This document shows positions 25,552 to 35,960 of a stretch of DNA of 64,000 nt, piece by piece. The notes below the pieces were generated by a model, which had not been told where the DNA came from, did no database searches, and worked only from the letters and a program-made list of their open reading frames with translations. Origin of the DNA: Candidatus Latescibacterota bacterium (lineage in GTDB: Bacteria > Latescibacterota > UBA2968); the NCBI GenBank assembly GCA_965207885.1, contig OZ242311.1:3232001-3296000 (forward strand), in the 5' to 3' direction. How positions within the stretch are numbered: position 1 is the first letter of the stretch; the number at the start of each line of letters is the position of its first letter. The position numbers and the translations under genes were made by a program.

Positions 25552-27816
25552 CTAATCGTCCCGTGAGGATTCTGGTCCTGTATTCGTAGAGTCGGGCGCA
25601 ATCGCACCTGTTTGCAACTGCTTATACCATAGAGCCCTCAGCGATTGATGCTCGGCTTCTTCGGGATCATAAGGAACTGTTGTAAGATCCGTCAGTACAG
25701 ATTGCAAATCGCCAGTTGTAAAAACCGTCTTCTTAAATGTATTGCGATGTTGCAAATCGGCCTGATCGTCATAATGGGGAGACTCGGGATCTTCGCTATT
25801 GCCATAAGCGAGTGCGCTCCACGACTGCACTGGCTGCACCAGCGAAACCACCATCCCAAAAGCCGATCCTCCTTCGATAAGCATCGTCCCATCTGCTTCT
25901 ATTCGGGTCAGTGTCTGATGTAATGCCTCTGTGCCAAAAGGTGCACCGCTCATCGGAAAAATGCGATCTCCCCGCTTCAAGTAATGCACCTGCCCCCAGG
26001 GCACATCCAATCGTCCATAAGTCGCGGTCATATATGCGACCGCCTGCTGTAATGCCTCCAATGCGACCTTTTCCCGAACAAAAATATCTCGCTTTTGTGG
26101 AACCTGTGCGAACGACGAATCGAATCGGGCCTTCCAGATCGAAAACAAAAGCGTGCCAACGCTCTCTAAACTCGCCCGATTATCCCATGCTCTGAGAATT
26201 TGAACAGCCCTGCCAACCTCCCAGTTGGGATCGAATAGCACGGGCCAGACGCGGTTATAAGCGCGGTAAATCAGCCCTTTATATTCTTCTGCGTCAACGA
26301 GATAATCGTCCCGAAGCAAAGCCTGCATATCGCCAACCGCAATATTCTGATGCGTGAGCAACCAGTTCACAATCCGCTGTGCGCGATAATTGGGTGTCCC
26401 CCACCCCAAAAACGATGGGAAATCGTCCCTTTTAAGACCGCTATCAATCGCAACCACATCTGGCGAGACATTGCAATTCTGCAAAGAGCCAGAAGGGGGA
26501 TTATGCACCTGCGGCAATTGAGAAAATGCGATCATACCTCTCCACTCTGTCTCAGGCATCCAGCCCGGCACAGGCGCGCGCCAATCGAAATCTTCTGATC
26601 GCACGGGACAGCGACCATTAAACACGTAAAAAATCTCGCCCATCACATCGCCGTATATCACATTAAAAACCGGTAGCTCCAAATGCGAAAGCGCCTGCTG
26701 AAACGCGCCCAGTGACACCGCGCGATTCATCGCCAATAACTGACCCATTGCATCCACGCGATCAGCCACACTCGTACGCGCAGCATAAGCCCAGTTGCCA
26801 ATCGTCTTATAGACTGGACCGTGATCGGTATAGAGAAATTCGCGTTCAACTTCCCGCATCCCCTCCTCGCTATGAATTTTCACGCGCCGCGACACCACGC
26901 GCCTTTTCTCATCTCCATAAAAATAGCGTCTGGGATTGATGGGATCCAGACGCTCTTCGTACAAATCAAAAACATCAATATCATTGGTGGTAATTGACCA
27001 GGCAATGTGACCATTGTGACCGACAAAAATAACCGGCAGACCAAAAAATGTCGCCCCCATCACATCCAAACCCGCATTGCTAACCAGATGCGCCTCGCAA
27101 AGCTGAAAAGGCGTTGTGTATGGCAACTGCACATCCATAGCCAGTACGGGTGCGCCGCTGTCAGACCGGGACGGTCCTGCAACCCATAGATTGGATCCTG
27201 GCAATTTGGGAACCGCAGTCGTCAATCCCACCTGAGCCAATTCGGATTCACCAGTCTGCTCGGCAAACAAAAACAAAATCCACCGCGCAAGAGCCACTAC
27301 ATCTACCGCCCGCACGTCCTGCACCCACTGTGGCAATACCTGTCGATGAATTTCTATATAGTGGTTGATGCCCCCAACAAAAGCCGCGATATATTGCCGC
27401 GTCTCCTCAGAAATATCCCCATATCGTTCACCCGCAACACTGTGAATGCGCCATCGCAAAGCCATTTCATCTAATTTTAAGGCTGAAGCACCCTCGACCT
27501 CGGCCAAACGCCCTCTGGCCTGGCGAAAATTCTTCAACATCTGCAGGAGATGATCTTCTGCCTGTGCATAACCAAAACCAAACGCGACATCCTCATCTGT
27601 GCGTCCATAAATGTGGGGTATGCCATAAGCATCGCGCAAAATACGCGCCTTACCCTCTATAGGAGAAAACAGGGAATCGCCCAGTTTTGCGACCAGTGTA
27701 TCAACCGGGACTTCAGCCAGCAAAACTGCGAGACTATCCCGATTAATCGCACCCTCTTGCGCCCCACTTTGACCTGCAAGAGCAATAGTAAATACGACGA
27801 GAATAAACCACCGCAT
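25552..27816 (-). CDS. Penicillin acylase (Ntn-hydrolase) family protein
   Basis: ILRDAYGIPHIYG, FGFGYAQAEDH, GSNLWV (beta-chain catalytic Ser), GNSEDPESPHYDDQ; signal peptide. Confidence 0.92.
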   Translation of the reverse strand: MRWFILVVFTIALAGQSGAQEGAINRDSLAVLLAEVPVDTLVAKLGDSLFSPIEGKARILRDAYGIPHIYGRTDEDVAFGFGYAQAEDHLLQMLKNFRQARGRLAEVEGASALKLDEMALRWRIHSVAGERYGDISEETRQYIAAFVGGINHYIEIHRQVLPQWVQDVRAVDVVALARWILFLFAEQTGESELAQVGLTTAVPKLPGSNLWVAGPSRSDSGAPVLAMDVQLPYTTPFQLCEAHLVSNAGLDVMGATFFGLPVIFVGHNGHIAWSITTNDIDVFDLYEERLDPINPRRYFYGDEKRRVVSRRVKIHSEEGMREVEREFLYTDHGPVYKTIGNWAYAARTSVADRVDAMGQLLAMNRAVSLGAFQQALSHLELPVFNVIYGDVMGEIFYVFNGRCPVRSEDFDWRAPVPGWMPETEWRGMIAFSQLPQVHNPPSGSLQNCNVSPDVVAIDSGLKRDDFPSFLGWGTPNYRAQRIVNWLLTHQNIAVGDMQALLRDDYLVDAEEYKGLIYRAYNRVWPVLFDPNWEVGRAVQILRAWDNRASLESVGTLLFSIWKARFDSSFAQVPQKRDIFVREKVALEALQQAVAYMTATYGRLDVPWGQVHYLKRGDRIFPMSGAPFGTEALHQTLTRIEADGTMLIEGGSAFGMVVSLVQPVQSWSALAYGNSEDPESPHYDDQADLQHRNTFKKTVFTTGDLQSVLTDLTTVPYDPEEAEHQSLRALWYKQLQTGAIAPDSTNTGPESSRDD

Positions 27817-27819
27817 CCC

Positions 27820-28860
27820 CTACTCCCTGAACAAATGATCTTCAATGGGCAATGCCATGGCAATGCCATTGATCGCAGAAATAAGCCCCGCCTCCATAAT
27901 TTCCTGTGCATTGCGCGACAAATCCGCGCAAGTCACAAAACCGGGCGATGCGCCAGATTGAATACAATGAATAAAATGTTCGGAGGCATTATTTTCCCCT
28001 TCGGGCAATGCATCTGGCGCAATTGTTTTGCCGTCTTTACAATCACGGGTGTACAAAACAACATCGCTTCCCGCAATAATCGTCCCTTCCGTCCCGTGCA
28101 ACATCAAATCGTGCGGCGGCTTGTGCGGCACAGCTTCTGTCCACGTCATCTCCAGCCGGCACATCGCATTTGGATAGCGCAAAATCATCATCCCATTGTC
28201 ATCCACGGGCAAATGTGTTTTCAATAGCCGCCCCGCCATTCCCACCACGCGATTTGGTCGCCCCAAAAACAACACGCACAAACTCGCGCCATATCCCCCG
28301 TAATCGTTAAAAGCACCGGCGCCATTGAGATGGCTATCAAATAGAAAGTCGCAAAAATGTTCGGAACACCCCAACTCATCCGGTCCACAATGCCCACCGC
28401 GCCACAGCAGTTGCCACACCTGTCCGATCGCGCCTTCTTGCACCAGGCGATAAGCTGTGCGGATGCCGCGATTCCACGCCGTTGGCCAATTGACCATCAA
28501 CACCGTCCCCGCCTTTCGCGCAGCCGTCAACATGCGGTCCGCTTGTTCTAAGGTCGCTGCCATTGGTTTTTCAACCATCACATGAATCCCTCGCGGCGCA
28601 CACAATTCCACCACATCGGCGTGATGTGCAGTGGGAGTAAATACAAATACCGCATCAGGCTCCTCATTGTCCAGCAACGCTTCAAAATCATCATATACCA
28701 GTTCACAACCCGTTGCCTCGACGAATTTTTCTCTCAGCTCTGCATTGCCATCTGCACCAGCCACCAGCACGGCATTATCCAGTGCTTTGAGTGCCCGCAA
28801 ATTTGACCACACGTGATCGTGTGCCAGCCCCAATGCGGCCACTTTTACCCTTTCCGCCAT
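27820..28860 (-). CDS. Gfo/Idh/MocA family oxidoreductase
   Basis: LGLAHDHV, GIHVMVEKPMA motifs; RBS GAGGAGG before ATG 28860. Confidence 0.9.
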   Translation of the reverse strand: MAERVKVAALGLAHDHVWSNLRALKALDNAVLVAGADGNAELREKFVEATGCELVYDDFEALLDNEEPDAVFVFTPTAHHADVVELCAPRGIHVMVEKPMAATLEQADRMLTAARKAGTVLMVNWPTAWNRGIRTAYRLVQEGAIGQVWQLLWRGGHCGPDELGCSEHFCDFLFDSHLNGAGAFNDYGGYGASLCVLFLGRPNRVVGMAGRLLKTHLPVDDNGMMILRYPNAMCRLEMTWTEAVPHKPPHDLMLHGTEGTIIAGSDVVLYTRDCKDGKTIAPDALPEGENNASEHFIHCIQSGASPGFVTCADLSRNAQEIMEAGLISAINGIAMALPIEDHLFRE

Positions 28861-28972
28861 AAATACCTCCTCAAATGTCTGAATCAGGATATTACAGTAT
28901 GAAACAGATTTGGCTCCAAATGATACAGCGGAGACTAACATGAGTAAAGAAGAAAAAGGTGATGCAAAAAAC

Positions 28973-29015
28973 AAAAAGCCCGGATAAGTTCCTGCAGAAG
29001 CCATCCGGGCTTTTT
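28973..29015. terminator. Intrinsic terminator downstream of clpB
   Basis: AAAAAGCCCGGAT...ATCCGGGCTTTTT. Confidence 0.75.
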
Positions 29016-29050
29016 ATCATTTAGCAGCCTACAACGAACGCAACGGGTTC

Positions 29051-31660
29051 TCACTTCTCCTCTCCCAGGTCTTTAATCACCAGGTCACCGTCTGTCACAT
29101 CCACCTCAATCTGCGCGCCGTCCGATATATCGCCACTGATCAACGCGCGCCCAATGCGCGTCTCCAATTCGTGCTGTAAGAACCGTTTGAGGGGGCGTGC
29201 GCCAAACACTGGATCAAACCCTTTTCGGGCGATAAATCCCTTCGCGTCCTCTGAAAGGGTAAGATCAATCTGCCTGTTGGACAATCGGTTACGCAAATCC
29301 ACAATAAGCAAATCCACAATTTTGGTGATTTCCGACAACAACAGTGGCTTAAACAGCACCACATCATCTATACGGTTGAGAAATTCGGGCCTGAACTGCT
29401 GTCTCAATTCTGCCATCACCGCATCGCGGGCAGATTCTCGGATTTCACCATCATCGGTCACACCCTCGAGCAAATACGGCGAACCGATATTTGATGTCAT
29501 AATTACCACTGTATTCTTAAAATCCACGACATGCCCCTGTGCATCTGTCAAGCGGCCGTCGTCGAGCAACTGAAGCAAAATATTGAAAACATCGCTGTGA
29601 CCCTTCTCAATCTCGTCGAACAAAATCACCGAATACGGTTTGCGGCGCACAGCTTCCGTCAATTGCCCGCCTTCGTCGTAACCGATATAACCCGGAGGCG
29701 CGCCGATCAAACGCGACACCGCGTGTTTTTCCATATACTCGCTCATATCGATGCGAATCACACTGTCTTCGCTATCAAAAAGTGCCTCTGATAGGGTGCG
29801 TGCGAGTTCGGTCTTGCCAACGCCGGATGGGCCTAAAAAAATGAACGAACCGATGGGACGCCGCGGATCCTTGATCCCCGCACGCGCGCGAATCACCGCA
29901 TCAGCCACCAGAGAAACCGCCTCATCCTGCCCGACGACGCGCTCGTGCAAAATATCGTCCAATCGCAGCAGCTTCTCGCGCTCTCCCTCGACCAATCGCG
30001 TCACAGGAATACCCGTCCACCGAGATGCTATCTTGGCGATTTCCTCCTCAGTCACCTCTTCGCGCAACAACCGATTATCCATCGGTTGAGAATCTTCGGC
30101 GGTTTTGAGTTGTCGTTCCAAATCGGGCAATGTGCCGTGTTTCAACTCTGCGGCGCGGTTGAGATCGTATTGCCGCTCAGCCTCTTCGATCTCACGCCTT
30201 GTCTGCTCAATTTTCTCTCGCAAAGTTCGCACCCCATCTAGTTCCTGCTTTTCATTCTCCCACTGCACGCGCATCGCATCTGCCTGATCTCTCAAATCGG
30301 CCAACTCTCTCTGAAGTGTCTGCAACCGCTCTCGACTCGACTTGTCCTTTTCCTTTTTCAACGCGGCTTCCTCGATCTCGAACTGCATCACGCGACGGGT
30401 TACAGCATCCAGTTCCGAAGGCATGGAGTCGATCTCTGTTCGCACCATAGCACACGCCTCATCCACCAGATCAATCGCCTTATCGGGCAAAAAACGATCT
30501 GAAATATATCGATCTGACAACACCACGGCATTGACCAGCGCATTATCCTGAATCCCCACCCCGTGGTGAATCTCAAATCGCTCGCGCAAACCCCGCAGAA
30601 TCGAAATAGAGTCCTCAACAGATGGCGCATCAATCATCACGGGTTGGAAGCGTCGCTCAAGAGCAGCGTCTTTTTCGAGATACTGGCGGTGTTCGTCGAG
30701 TGTTGTCGCACCAATACAGTGCAATTCGCCCCGCGCCAGCATTGGTTTGAGCATATTCCCCGCGTCCGTAGATCCCTCCGTCTTACCCGCGCCCACAATC
30801 GTGTGGACCTCGTCGATAAATAACAAAATATGACCATCGCTCTGTTTGATCTCATTCAAAACAGCTTTCAAACGCTCTTCAAATTCGCCCCGATATTTCG
30901 CGCCAGCCATCAACGCGCCCATATCCAGCGAAAAAACCGACCGATCTTTGAGCCACTCGGGCACATCGCCCCGCACAATCCGCTGCGCCAGGCCCTCGAT
31001 AATCGCGGTCTTTCCCACACCGGGGTCGCCGATCAGTACGGGATTGTTTTTTGTCTTGCGCGACAAAATGCGAATCACGCGACGGATTTCTTCATCGCGC
31101 CCAATCACGGGATCTAATTTGCCTGCACGCGCCTCGGCAACCAGATCAATACCGTATTTTTCAAGTGCCTCATAAGCTACCTCTGGGTTGGCACTCGTCA
31201 CACTTTGATTGCCGCGGATCTGCGTCAAAACAGATAGAAAATTATCTCGCGTCACATTAAACTGTTTCAGAATGCGCCCCGCCGGGGTTTTATCGCCTTC
31301 ACTTATCAGCGCCAACAGTAGATGCTCCACTGAGACATATTCATCCTTCAGCCTTTCAGCTTCGCCCTGAGCGGATAGAAACAGTTTCTGAAAACGCTGT
31401 GTCACATAAATTTTGTCCTGTTCAACGCCTGGTCCAGAAATTTTTGGCTGTCGAGCCAATTCTTTTTCAACTTCCGATTTTAGGACATCGCCATCCACTT
31501 GCATGCGCACGAGTATGCGAGGCACTAAGCCATCCTCTTGCGCGACCAAAGCAGCAAGCAGGTGTTTCCCATCCACCTCCTGATGTCCATATCGCAGTGC
31601 TATAGCTTGTGCTTGTTGCACGGCCTCCTGCGATTTCTGTGTCAATTTGTTCATATCCAT
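29051..31660 (-). CDS. clpB: ATP-dependent chaperone ClpB
   Basis: Two AAA+ modules ([16 protein letters not shown]), [12 protein letters not shown], coiled-coil M domain, [16 protein letters not shown]. Confidence 0.97.
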   Translation of the reverse strand: MDMNKLTQKSQEAVQQAQAIALRYGHQEVDGKHLLAALVAQEDGLVPRILVRMQVDGDVLKSEVEKELARQPKISGPGVEQDKIYVTQRFQKLFLSAQGEAERLKDEYVSVEHLLLALISEGDKTPAGRILKQFNVTRDNFLSVLTQIRGNQSVTSANPEVAYEALEKYGIDLVAEARAGKLDPVIGRDEEIRRVIRILSRKTKNNPVLIGDPGVGKTAIIEGLAQRIVRGDVPEWLKDRSVFSLDMGALMAGAKYRGEFEERLKAVLNEIKQSDGHILLFIDEVHTIVGAGKTEGSTDAGNMLKPMLARGELHCIGATTLDEHRQYLEKDAALERRFQPVMIDAPSVEDSISILRGLRERFEIHHGVGIQDNALVNAVVLSDRYISDRFLPDKAIDLVDEACAMVRTEIDSMPSELDAVTRRVMQFEIEEAALKKEKDKSSRERLQTLQRELADLRDQADAMRVQWENEKQELDGVRTLREKIEQTRREIEEAERQYDLNRAAELKHGTLPDLERQLKTAEDSQPMDNRLLREEVTEEEIAKIASRWTGIPVTRLVEGEREKLLRLDDILHERVVGQDEAVSLVADAVIRARAGIKDPRRPIGSFIFLGPSGVGKTELARTLSEALFDSEDSVIRIDMSEYMEKHAVSRLIGAPPGYIGYDEGGQLTEAVRRKPYSVILFDEIEKGHSDVFNILLQLLDDGRLTDAQGHVVDFKNTVVIMTSNIGSPYLLEGVTDDGEIRESARDAVMAELRQQFRPEFLNRIDDVVLFKPLLLSEITKIVDLLIVDLRNRLSNRQIDLTLSEDAKGFIARKGFDPVFGARPLKRFLQHELETRIGRALISGDISDGAQIEVDVTDGDLVIKDLGEEK

Positions 31661-31674
31661 TTTGTTTTTTCCAT

Positions 31675-31708
31675 AAAAAAGGGCCATCCCGCCCTTGCGA
31701 GATGGCCC
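31675..31708 (-). terminator. Terminator-like hairpin between hsp20 and clpB
   Basis: Minus strand GGGCCATCTCGCAAGGGCGGGATGGCCC-TTTTTT. Confidence 0.7.
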
Positions 31709-31730
31709 GGTGATTGACGAGCTTACTCAA

Positions 31731-32165
31731 TTACGATACCGCAACATCGATCTGCCGAGGTTTCGCTGCTTCGGACTTGGGCAACGTCAAAGTCAAAATC
31801 CCGTCCTTGTAATTAGCAGCAATTTTCTCGGCCTGTACTTCTGTGCCGAGCTTGAAGGCGCGCTTAAATTTCCCGTGGGAACGTTCACGGCGGAAGAACT
31901 GCTTATCCTTCTGCTCGTCTTCATGCTTCCGCTCACCTTCAATTGTGAGCACATTATCTTCGAGCGTCACCTTGATATCATCCTTGTTCAGCCCGGGCAA
32001 TTCGGCGTGAACGGTAAATTCATGATCCGATTCCACTACATCCACGCGGGGATGCCAGCCCGTGCCGTGCCAGGTGTCCAGGTCGCCCCAGAACTTGCTC
32101 ACCATGTTGTCGATTTCGCGCTGAATTGCGAAAGGCTCTCGGGGTTGCCAACGAATAAGTGCCAT
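31731..32165 (-). CDS. Hsp20/alpha-crystallin small heat shock protein
   Basis: PRVDVVE, AELPGL..DDIKV, LTIEGER, ERSHGKFKRAF, YKDGILTLTLPK; RBS AGGAGG before ATG 32165. Confidence 0.95.
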   Translation of the reverse strand: MALIRWQPREPFAIQREIDNMVSKFWGDLDTWHGTGWHPRVDVVESDHEFTVHAELPGLNKDDIKVTLEDNVLTIEGERKHEDEQKDKQFFRRERSHGKFKRAFKLGTEVQAEKIAANYKDGILTLTLPKSEAAKPRQIDVAVS

Positions 32166-32221
32166 CTTACTACCTCCTGTTATTTGGTTGTTGGTTGCTT
32201 GTTCGTCTCGCCCTATTTCTA

Positions 32222-32238
32222 TTGCAAGCCCCGTGCCA
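32222..32238 (-). promoter_or_regulatory. Sigma54 (RpoN) -24/-12 promoter of hsp20-clpB
   Basis: Minus strand TGGCACGGGGCTTGCAA matches TGGCAC-N5-TTGCA exactly, 57 nt upstream of the hsp20 ATG. Confidence 0.85.
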
Positions 32239-32278
32239 CAATTTTCAATTTTTTTAAAAAAACCCATAACATGTTGTA

Positions 32279-32291
32279 AATAAATACTTTA
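32279..32291 (+). promoter_or_regulatory. Putative IHF site
   Basis: AATAAATACTTTA versus the consensus WATCAANNNNTTR (1 mismatch), in the AT-rich tract upstream of the sigma54 promoter. Confidence 0.45.
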
Positions 32292-32411
32292 AATTTTTTT
32301 GATGTTCTGCACCATCTCTCTGCCTGATGATATGGCATAGACAAGCACTCATTTTTGGCATATCATGTCAAATTGCCAGTGTTCAATTGTCAGGCCAAAG
32401 TATTATTTTTT

Positions 32412-32446
32412 AAAAAAAAAGCCCCTGAACCGAGGGGTACAGGGGC
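32412..32446 (-). terminator. Orphan terminator-like hairpin on the minus strand
   Basis: Minus strand GCCCCTG-tacccctcggtt-CAGGGGC-T9. Confidence 0.6.
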
Positions 32447-32522
32447 GAAAAAATAGAAAGCGTGACTGGTCATTTGCCAAAAAGCGTGACCATCAGCCCG
32501 ATAAAATTCACGAGAAAAAACA

Positions 32523-35057
32523 ATGCGATCAACTATCACCTTCACAATTGTATTTCTATGGGCCTGTGCTTGTTCTGCCAGTGATCCGGTACAAACACTG
32601 ACCTATTGCGACAATCTTTCTGGATGGTCCAGTGGTGTACAATTATCTAAAGACGCGCCAGAGGGTCGCTTTGCCGTCGCGGCTTCTCTGCCTGCAGGAC
32701 AGACGGGATTTTTTACCTACAATTTTTTCAGCACAGGCCAGGACATCTCCCAAAGACACAGCTTGAGCTTCTGGTGGAAAGTGGAAGGCAATGGCCTGAG
32801 AGACCTTAAAATCAAAGTTCGCAACTATCCCCTGGTCGGTGGCATGGAAGCCGTATATACGATTTGGGAAGGGCAAACACCGCCTCAGGGCTGGCAACTT
32901 GCCGTTGTAGAACTGGCAAAACCCCAATACGATAACTGGGGAAGAGAACCCGATTACAACCAGCGATATATCGTATTTAGAACCGAAACTAGTCAAATTT
33001 CAAACGCGCGCCTGTTCATTGACCATATTGCAACCGTCAATCAGACCTTTTCATGGCAAGTTGACGCGCCAGTACAGGAAAAAGGCTCCATTGACCATCT
33101 CGATTTTGATGGCAATGGAGCCGTTGGTTTTACTGATTTTCTACTCTTCGCCCAAAAATTCGGTGCAACACAGACCGATGCGGGATATGACCCCCTCTAC
33201 GACCTCGATTCTGACGGACAAATCGGTTTTGGCGATTTTCTCACTTTCGCCGCTGGGTTCGGCTCTGATGGCACACAGTGGTACATACCCATCACATTTG
33301 AGAACCACACCACACAACCCCTGGGCATCGCGGTGGGAACCGAAACGCAGACCCTGTTGACCCAGACCATTCAGACGGGAACAACCCTGATCCGCGTGCC
33401 AATTCCTCGGGATATTATCGCCTCACGCGACCCCACCGATACACATCCTATCCCAATTTGGGCGCAAGTTGCAGATTTTATCCAGACGCGGAGCAATTGG
33501 ATATCCTACCTCCCCCAGCGTGTTCCCGCACGCACCTGGACACAGTTTGTAGCGGCCAAAGAGAATGGCACAGAACCCATTTTGCCCGATTTTTCCTACG
33601 CGGGCTATCACTACTTTGACAAACCCGTTCCAGATATCCAGGGCGACGTATTCGACGTCACAGCTTATGGTGCTATCCCCAACGATGGCCTTTCAGACCA
33701 GGGAGCCATCGTGCGCGCCATTGCCGCAGCCGAGCAAAACAACGGCGGCATTGTCTTCTTTCCCCCAGGCGAATTTCTGGTGAACACCAATGCCGACAAC
33801 AACCAGTCCATCTACATCCGCAACAGCAATATCGTCCTCAGAGGAAGCGGTAGCCGGAGCGGAGGTACAATCATCCGGCAAGTGAACTACATGCCGCCAC
33901 TCAATCCCGAACAACTGTGGACATCGCCCTATATGTTCATTTTCCAACCCCGCAACACCAGCGATAGATCCCTGACCTCTATTACGGAAAGTGCCGATCG
34001 AGAAACCTTCTATATCACAGTAGCAGACGCTTCCAGACTCGTTCCTGGTCAATGGATAACGCTATATATGAACAGCACTGCAGCCATCGCAGAATTTCTC
34101 GCGCCCCACTCGGTAGAATCCATCTGGACGACCATGTTGACCAATGGGATTCAGGTGCGAGAAAAGCACAGCATTGCCGAAATACAGGGCAATCGGATTC
34201 GCCTCAATGAACCTCTGCACACCGATGTCAACCACACGTATAACTGGACCGTGCGCGAATATCAGCACCTTGAGGAAGTCGGCGTCGAAGACATTAGTTT
34301 TCACGGCTCGTGGTTAGATGATTTTGTCCACCACAAAGACGCCATTCACGATGGTGGCTGGAGTTTGCTCCGACTCACCCGATGCGTCAATTCCTGGATA
34401 CGGCGCACGTCATTTATCAACTGCAATCGCGCCCTTCACATCGGTTCGAGTTCTGCCATATCCGTGTACCACGTCACACAGGGCGGAAATCTGGGCCATT
34501 CATCTATTGCCAGCAATGGTGGTTATGGCGTATGGATCGGGCTTTCGGAAGACCTCGCAGGTCACTGGCACGGACCGGGCACGAGCAGTCGCTCTGCCGG
34601 AACCGTGTACTGGCGATATGACATGCGCCCAAATCAACGCATCGATGCCCACGGTGCCCAACCCTATGCCAACCTGCTCGACCGCGTCAATGGCGGTATC
34701 CTGTATGGCAGCGGCGCGTCTCTCGCCAATTATCCCAATCACCTCAAACATTATGTGCTCTGGAATTTCAAACATCGAGGCATTCTGAGACACTACGACT
34801 TTTGGCGACCAGGCGACGCGCGCGACCGTTTCGTGCAACCCATTATCGTCGGCTTACACGGTGATCCCGCCACGTTTAATGAAAGCACCCTCCAGGTAAT
34901 CGAATCCAACGGCAGCCCTGTTGAACCAGAATCGCTCTTCGAAGCCCAGCTCGAATCGCGCCTCCAAACCCTACCCCCCTGGCTCAACGACCTCCGCGCA
35001 GAATGGGAAACGTTTCGCAACACCCCGCTTCCAAATTTCCCAGTACCGAATTTTTAA
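32523..35057 (+). CDS. Secreted modular protein: N-terminal beta-sandwich, dockerin/EF-hand-like pair, DUF4955 / pectate lyase-like beta-helix
   Basis: Signal peptide; DFDGNGAVGFTDF...DLDSDGQIGFGDF; LPDFSYAGY, FDVTAYGAIPNDG..D, GIVFFPPGEF, SNIVLRGSG, PESLFEAQL motifs. Confidence 0.8.
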   Translation: MRSTITFTIVFLWACACSASDPVQTLTYCDNLSGWSSGVQLSKDAPEGRFAVAASLPAGQTGFFTYNFFSTGQDISQRHSLSFWWKVEGNGLRDLKIKVRNYPLVGGMEAVYTIWEGQTPPQGWQLAVVELAKPQYDNWGREPDYNQRYIVFRTETSQISNARLFIDHIATVNQTFSWQVDAPVQEKGSIDHLDFDGNGAVGFTDFLLFAQKFGATQTDAGYDPLYDLDSDGQIGFGDFLTFAAGFGSDGTQWYIPITFENHTTQPLGIAVGTETQTLLTQTIQTGTTLIRVPIPRDIIASRDPTDTHPIPIWAQVADFIQTRSNWISYLPQRVPARTWTQFVAAKENGTEPILPDFSYAGYHYFDKPVPDIQGDVFDVTAYGAIPNDGLSDQGAIVRAIAAAEQNNGGIVFFPPGEFLVNTNADNNQSIYIRNSNIVLRGSGSRSGGTIIRQVNYMPPLNPEQLWTSPYMFIFQPRNTSDRSLTSITESADRETFYITVADASRLVPGQWITLYMNSTAAIAEFLAPHSVESIWTTMLTNGIQVREKHSIAEIQGNRIRLNEPLHTDVNHTYNWTVREYQHLEEVGVEDISFHGSWLDDFVHHKDAIHDGGWSLLRLTRCVNSWIRRTSFINCNRALHIGSSSAISVYHVTQGGNLGHSSIASNGGYGVWIGLSEDLAGHWHGPGTSSRSAGTVYWRYDMRPNQRIDAHGAQPYANLLDRVNGGILYGSGASLANYPNHLKHYVLWNFKHRGILRHYDFWRPGDARDRFVQPIIVGLHGDPATFNESTLQVIESNGSPVEPESLFEAQLESRLQTLPPWLNDLRAEWETFRNTPLPNFPVPNF

Positions 35058-35950
35058 GCGCCTTCCTTCCTGAAATATCCCCTCTGCCGCATCAACAGGC
35101 GATAGAGATTGGGATGCTTCTCAAATGCCTCGCGTCCGTGCAGCCAGAAATGGTTGTTTAGCACCACGAGATGATCGGGCGGCAAGGGCACCGAAACCAC
35201 CCCCTGTGACGCTTCCATCGAATCGGAGAGATCGCGCAAATATCGACCCTGTTCAATAGTTTCGGGATAGACAAACTGATCGATAAAACACACACACGCT
35301 TTGCCGTCTTGCTCGTAGAACGTCGTTTTTTCAACCACAACGGGATAATTCTTACTCGGCGGCGACTGATAGGTCAGGGGAAAAGAGGCCAGCTGATGGC
35401 TGGCAAAGTACTCTAACGCCTCCCAATCATCCAGATGCAACAGCCGCGACTCCCCTCCCACCGCATCGTGTTCTGCCATCTTCATCATCAAAATCCAGTC
35501 TGTGCGCTCGCGGACATACGTCCCATCGGTATGGAGCGTGAACAGACGATATGCCTGACGCAAATACGAATCGCTACTATCCGTATCCTTCACCTCAAAA
35601 CAGGCATAGTAATTCCCCGTCATATCGTCAAAATTGGGAATCCCGATCGCATGCGAAACAGCCGTCCCAAAAGCAACGCGCTGATCCATCGTCTCAAACC
35701 CACCTTCAGCCGCAACGGTGCCCCCCCCTGTTGCGCGGTCTCTAACGATCGCATTGATATGCTCGAAAAAATCGCCACCGACGATATTTTGAAGACAATC
35801 GGCGGCGATCATTCTCAAATATGGCACATAAGTCAATCGCTGTTCCGAAAGATCTGCCACTTCGCGCACAAATGCTGCTGCGGCATCGGCATCAATCGTA
35901 ATATGGTGCAGCCGGTGATGGTCGGGATGTTGTTTAACCGTGTAGTTCAA
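35054..35950 (-). CDS. glaH: Glutarate dioxygenase GlaH (CsiD)
   Basis: DSSDSYLRQAYR, LHTDGTYVRERTDW, GGESRLLHLDDW, FIDQF and NNHFWLHGR...LMRQRG motifs; probable TTG start at 35950 behind GAGGGG. Confidence 0.88.
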   Translation of the reverse strand: MNYTVKQHPDHHRLHHITIDADAAAAFVREVADLSEQRLTYVPYLRMIAADCLQNIVGGDFFEHINAIVRDRATGGGTVAAEGGFETMDQRVAFGTAVSHAIGIPNFDDMTGNYYACFEVKDTDSSDSYLRQAYRLFTLHTDGTYVRERTDWILMMKMAEHDAVGGESRLLHLDDWEALEYFASHQLASFPLTYQSPPSKNYPVVVEKTTFYEQDGKACVCFIDQFVYPETIEQGRYLRDLSDSMEASQGVVSVPLPPDHLVVLNNHFWLHGREAFEKHPNLYRLLMRQRGYFRKEGA

Positions 35951-35960
35951 AACCAGCCCC

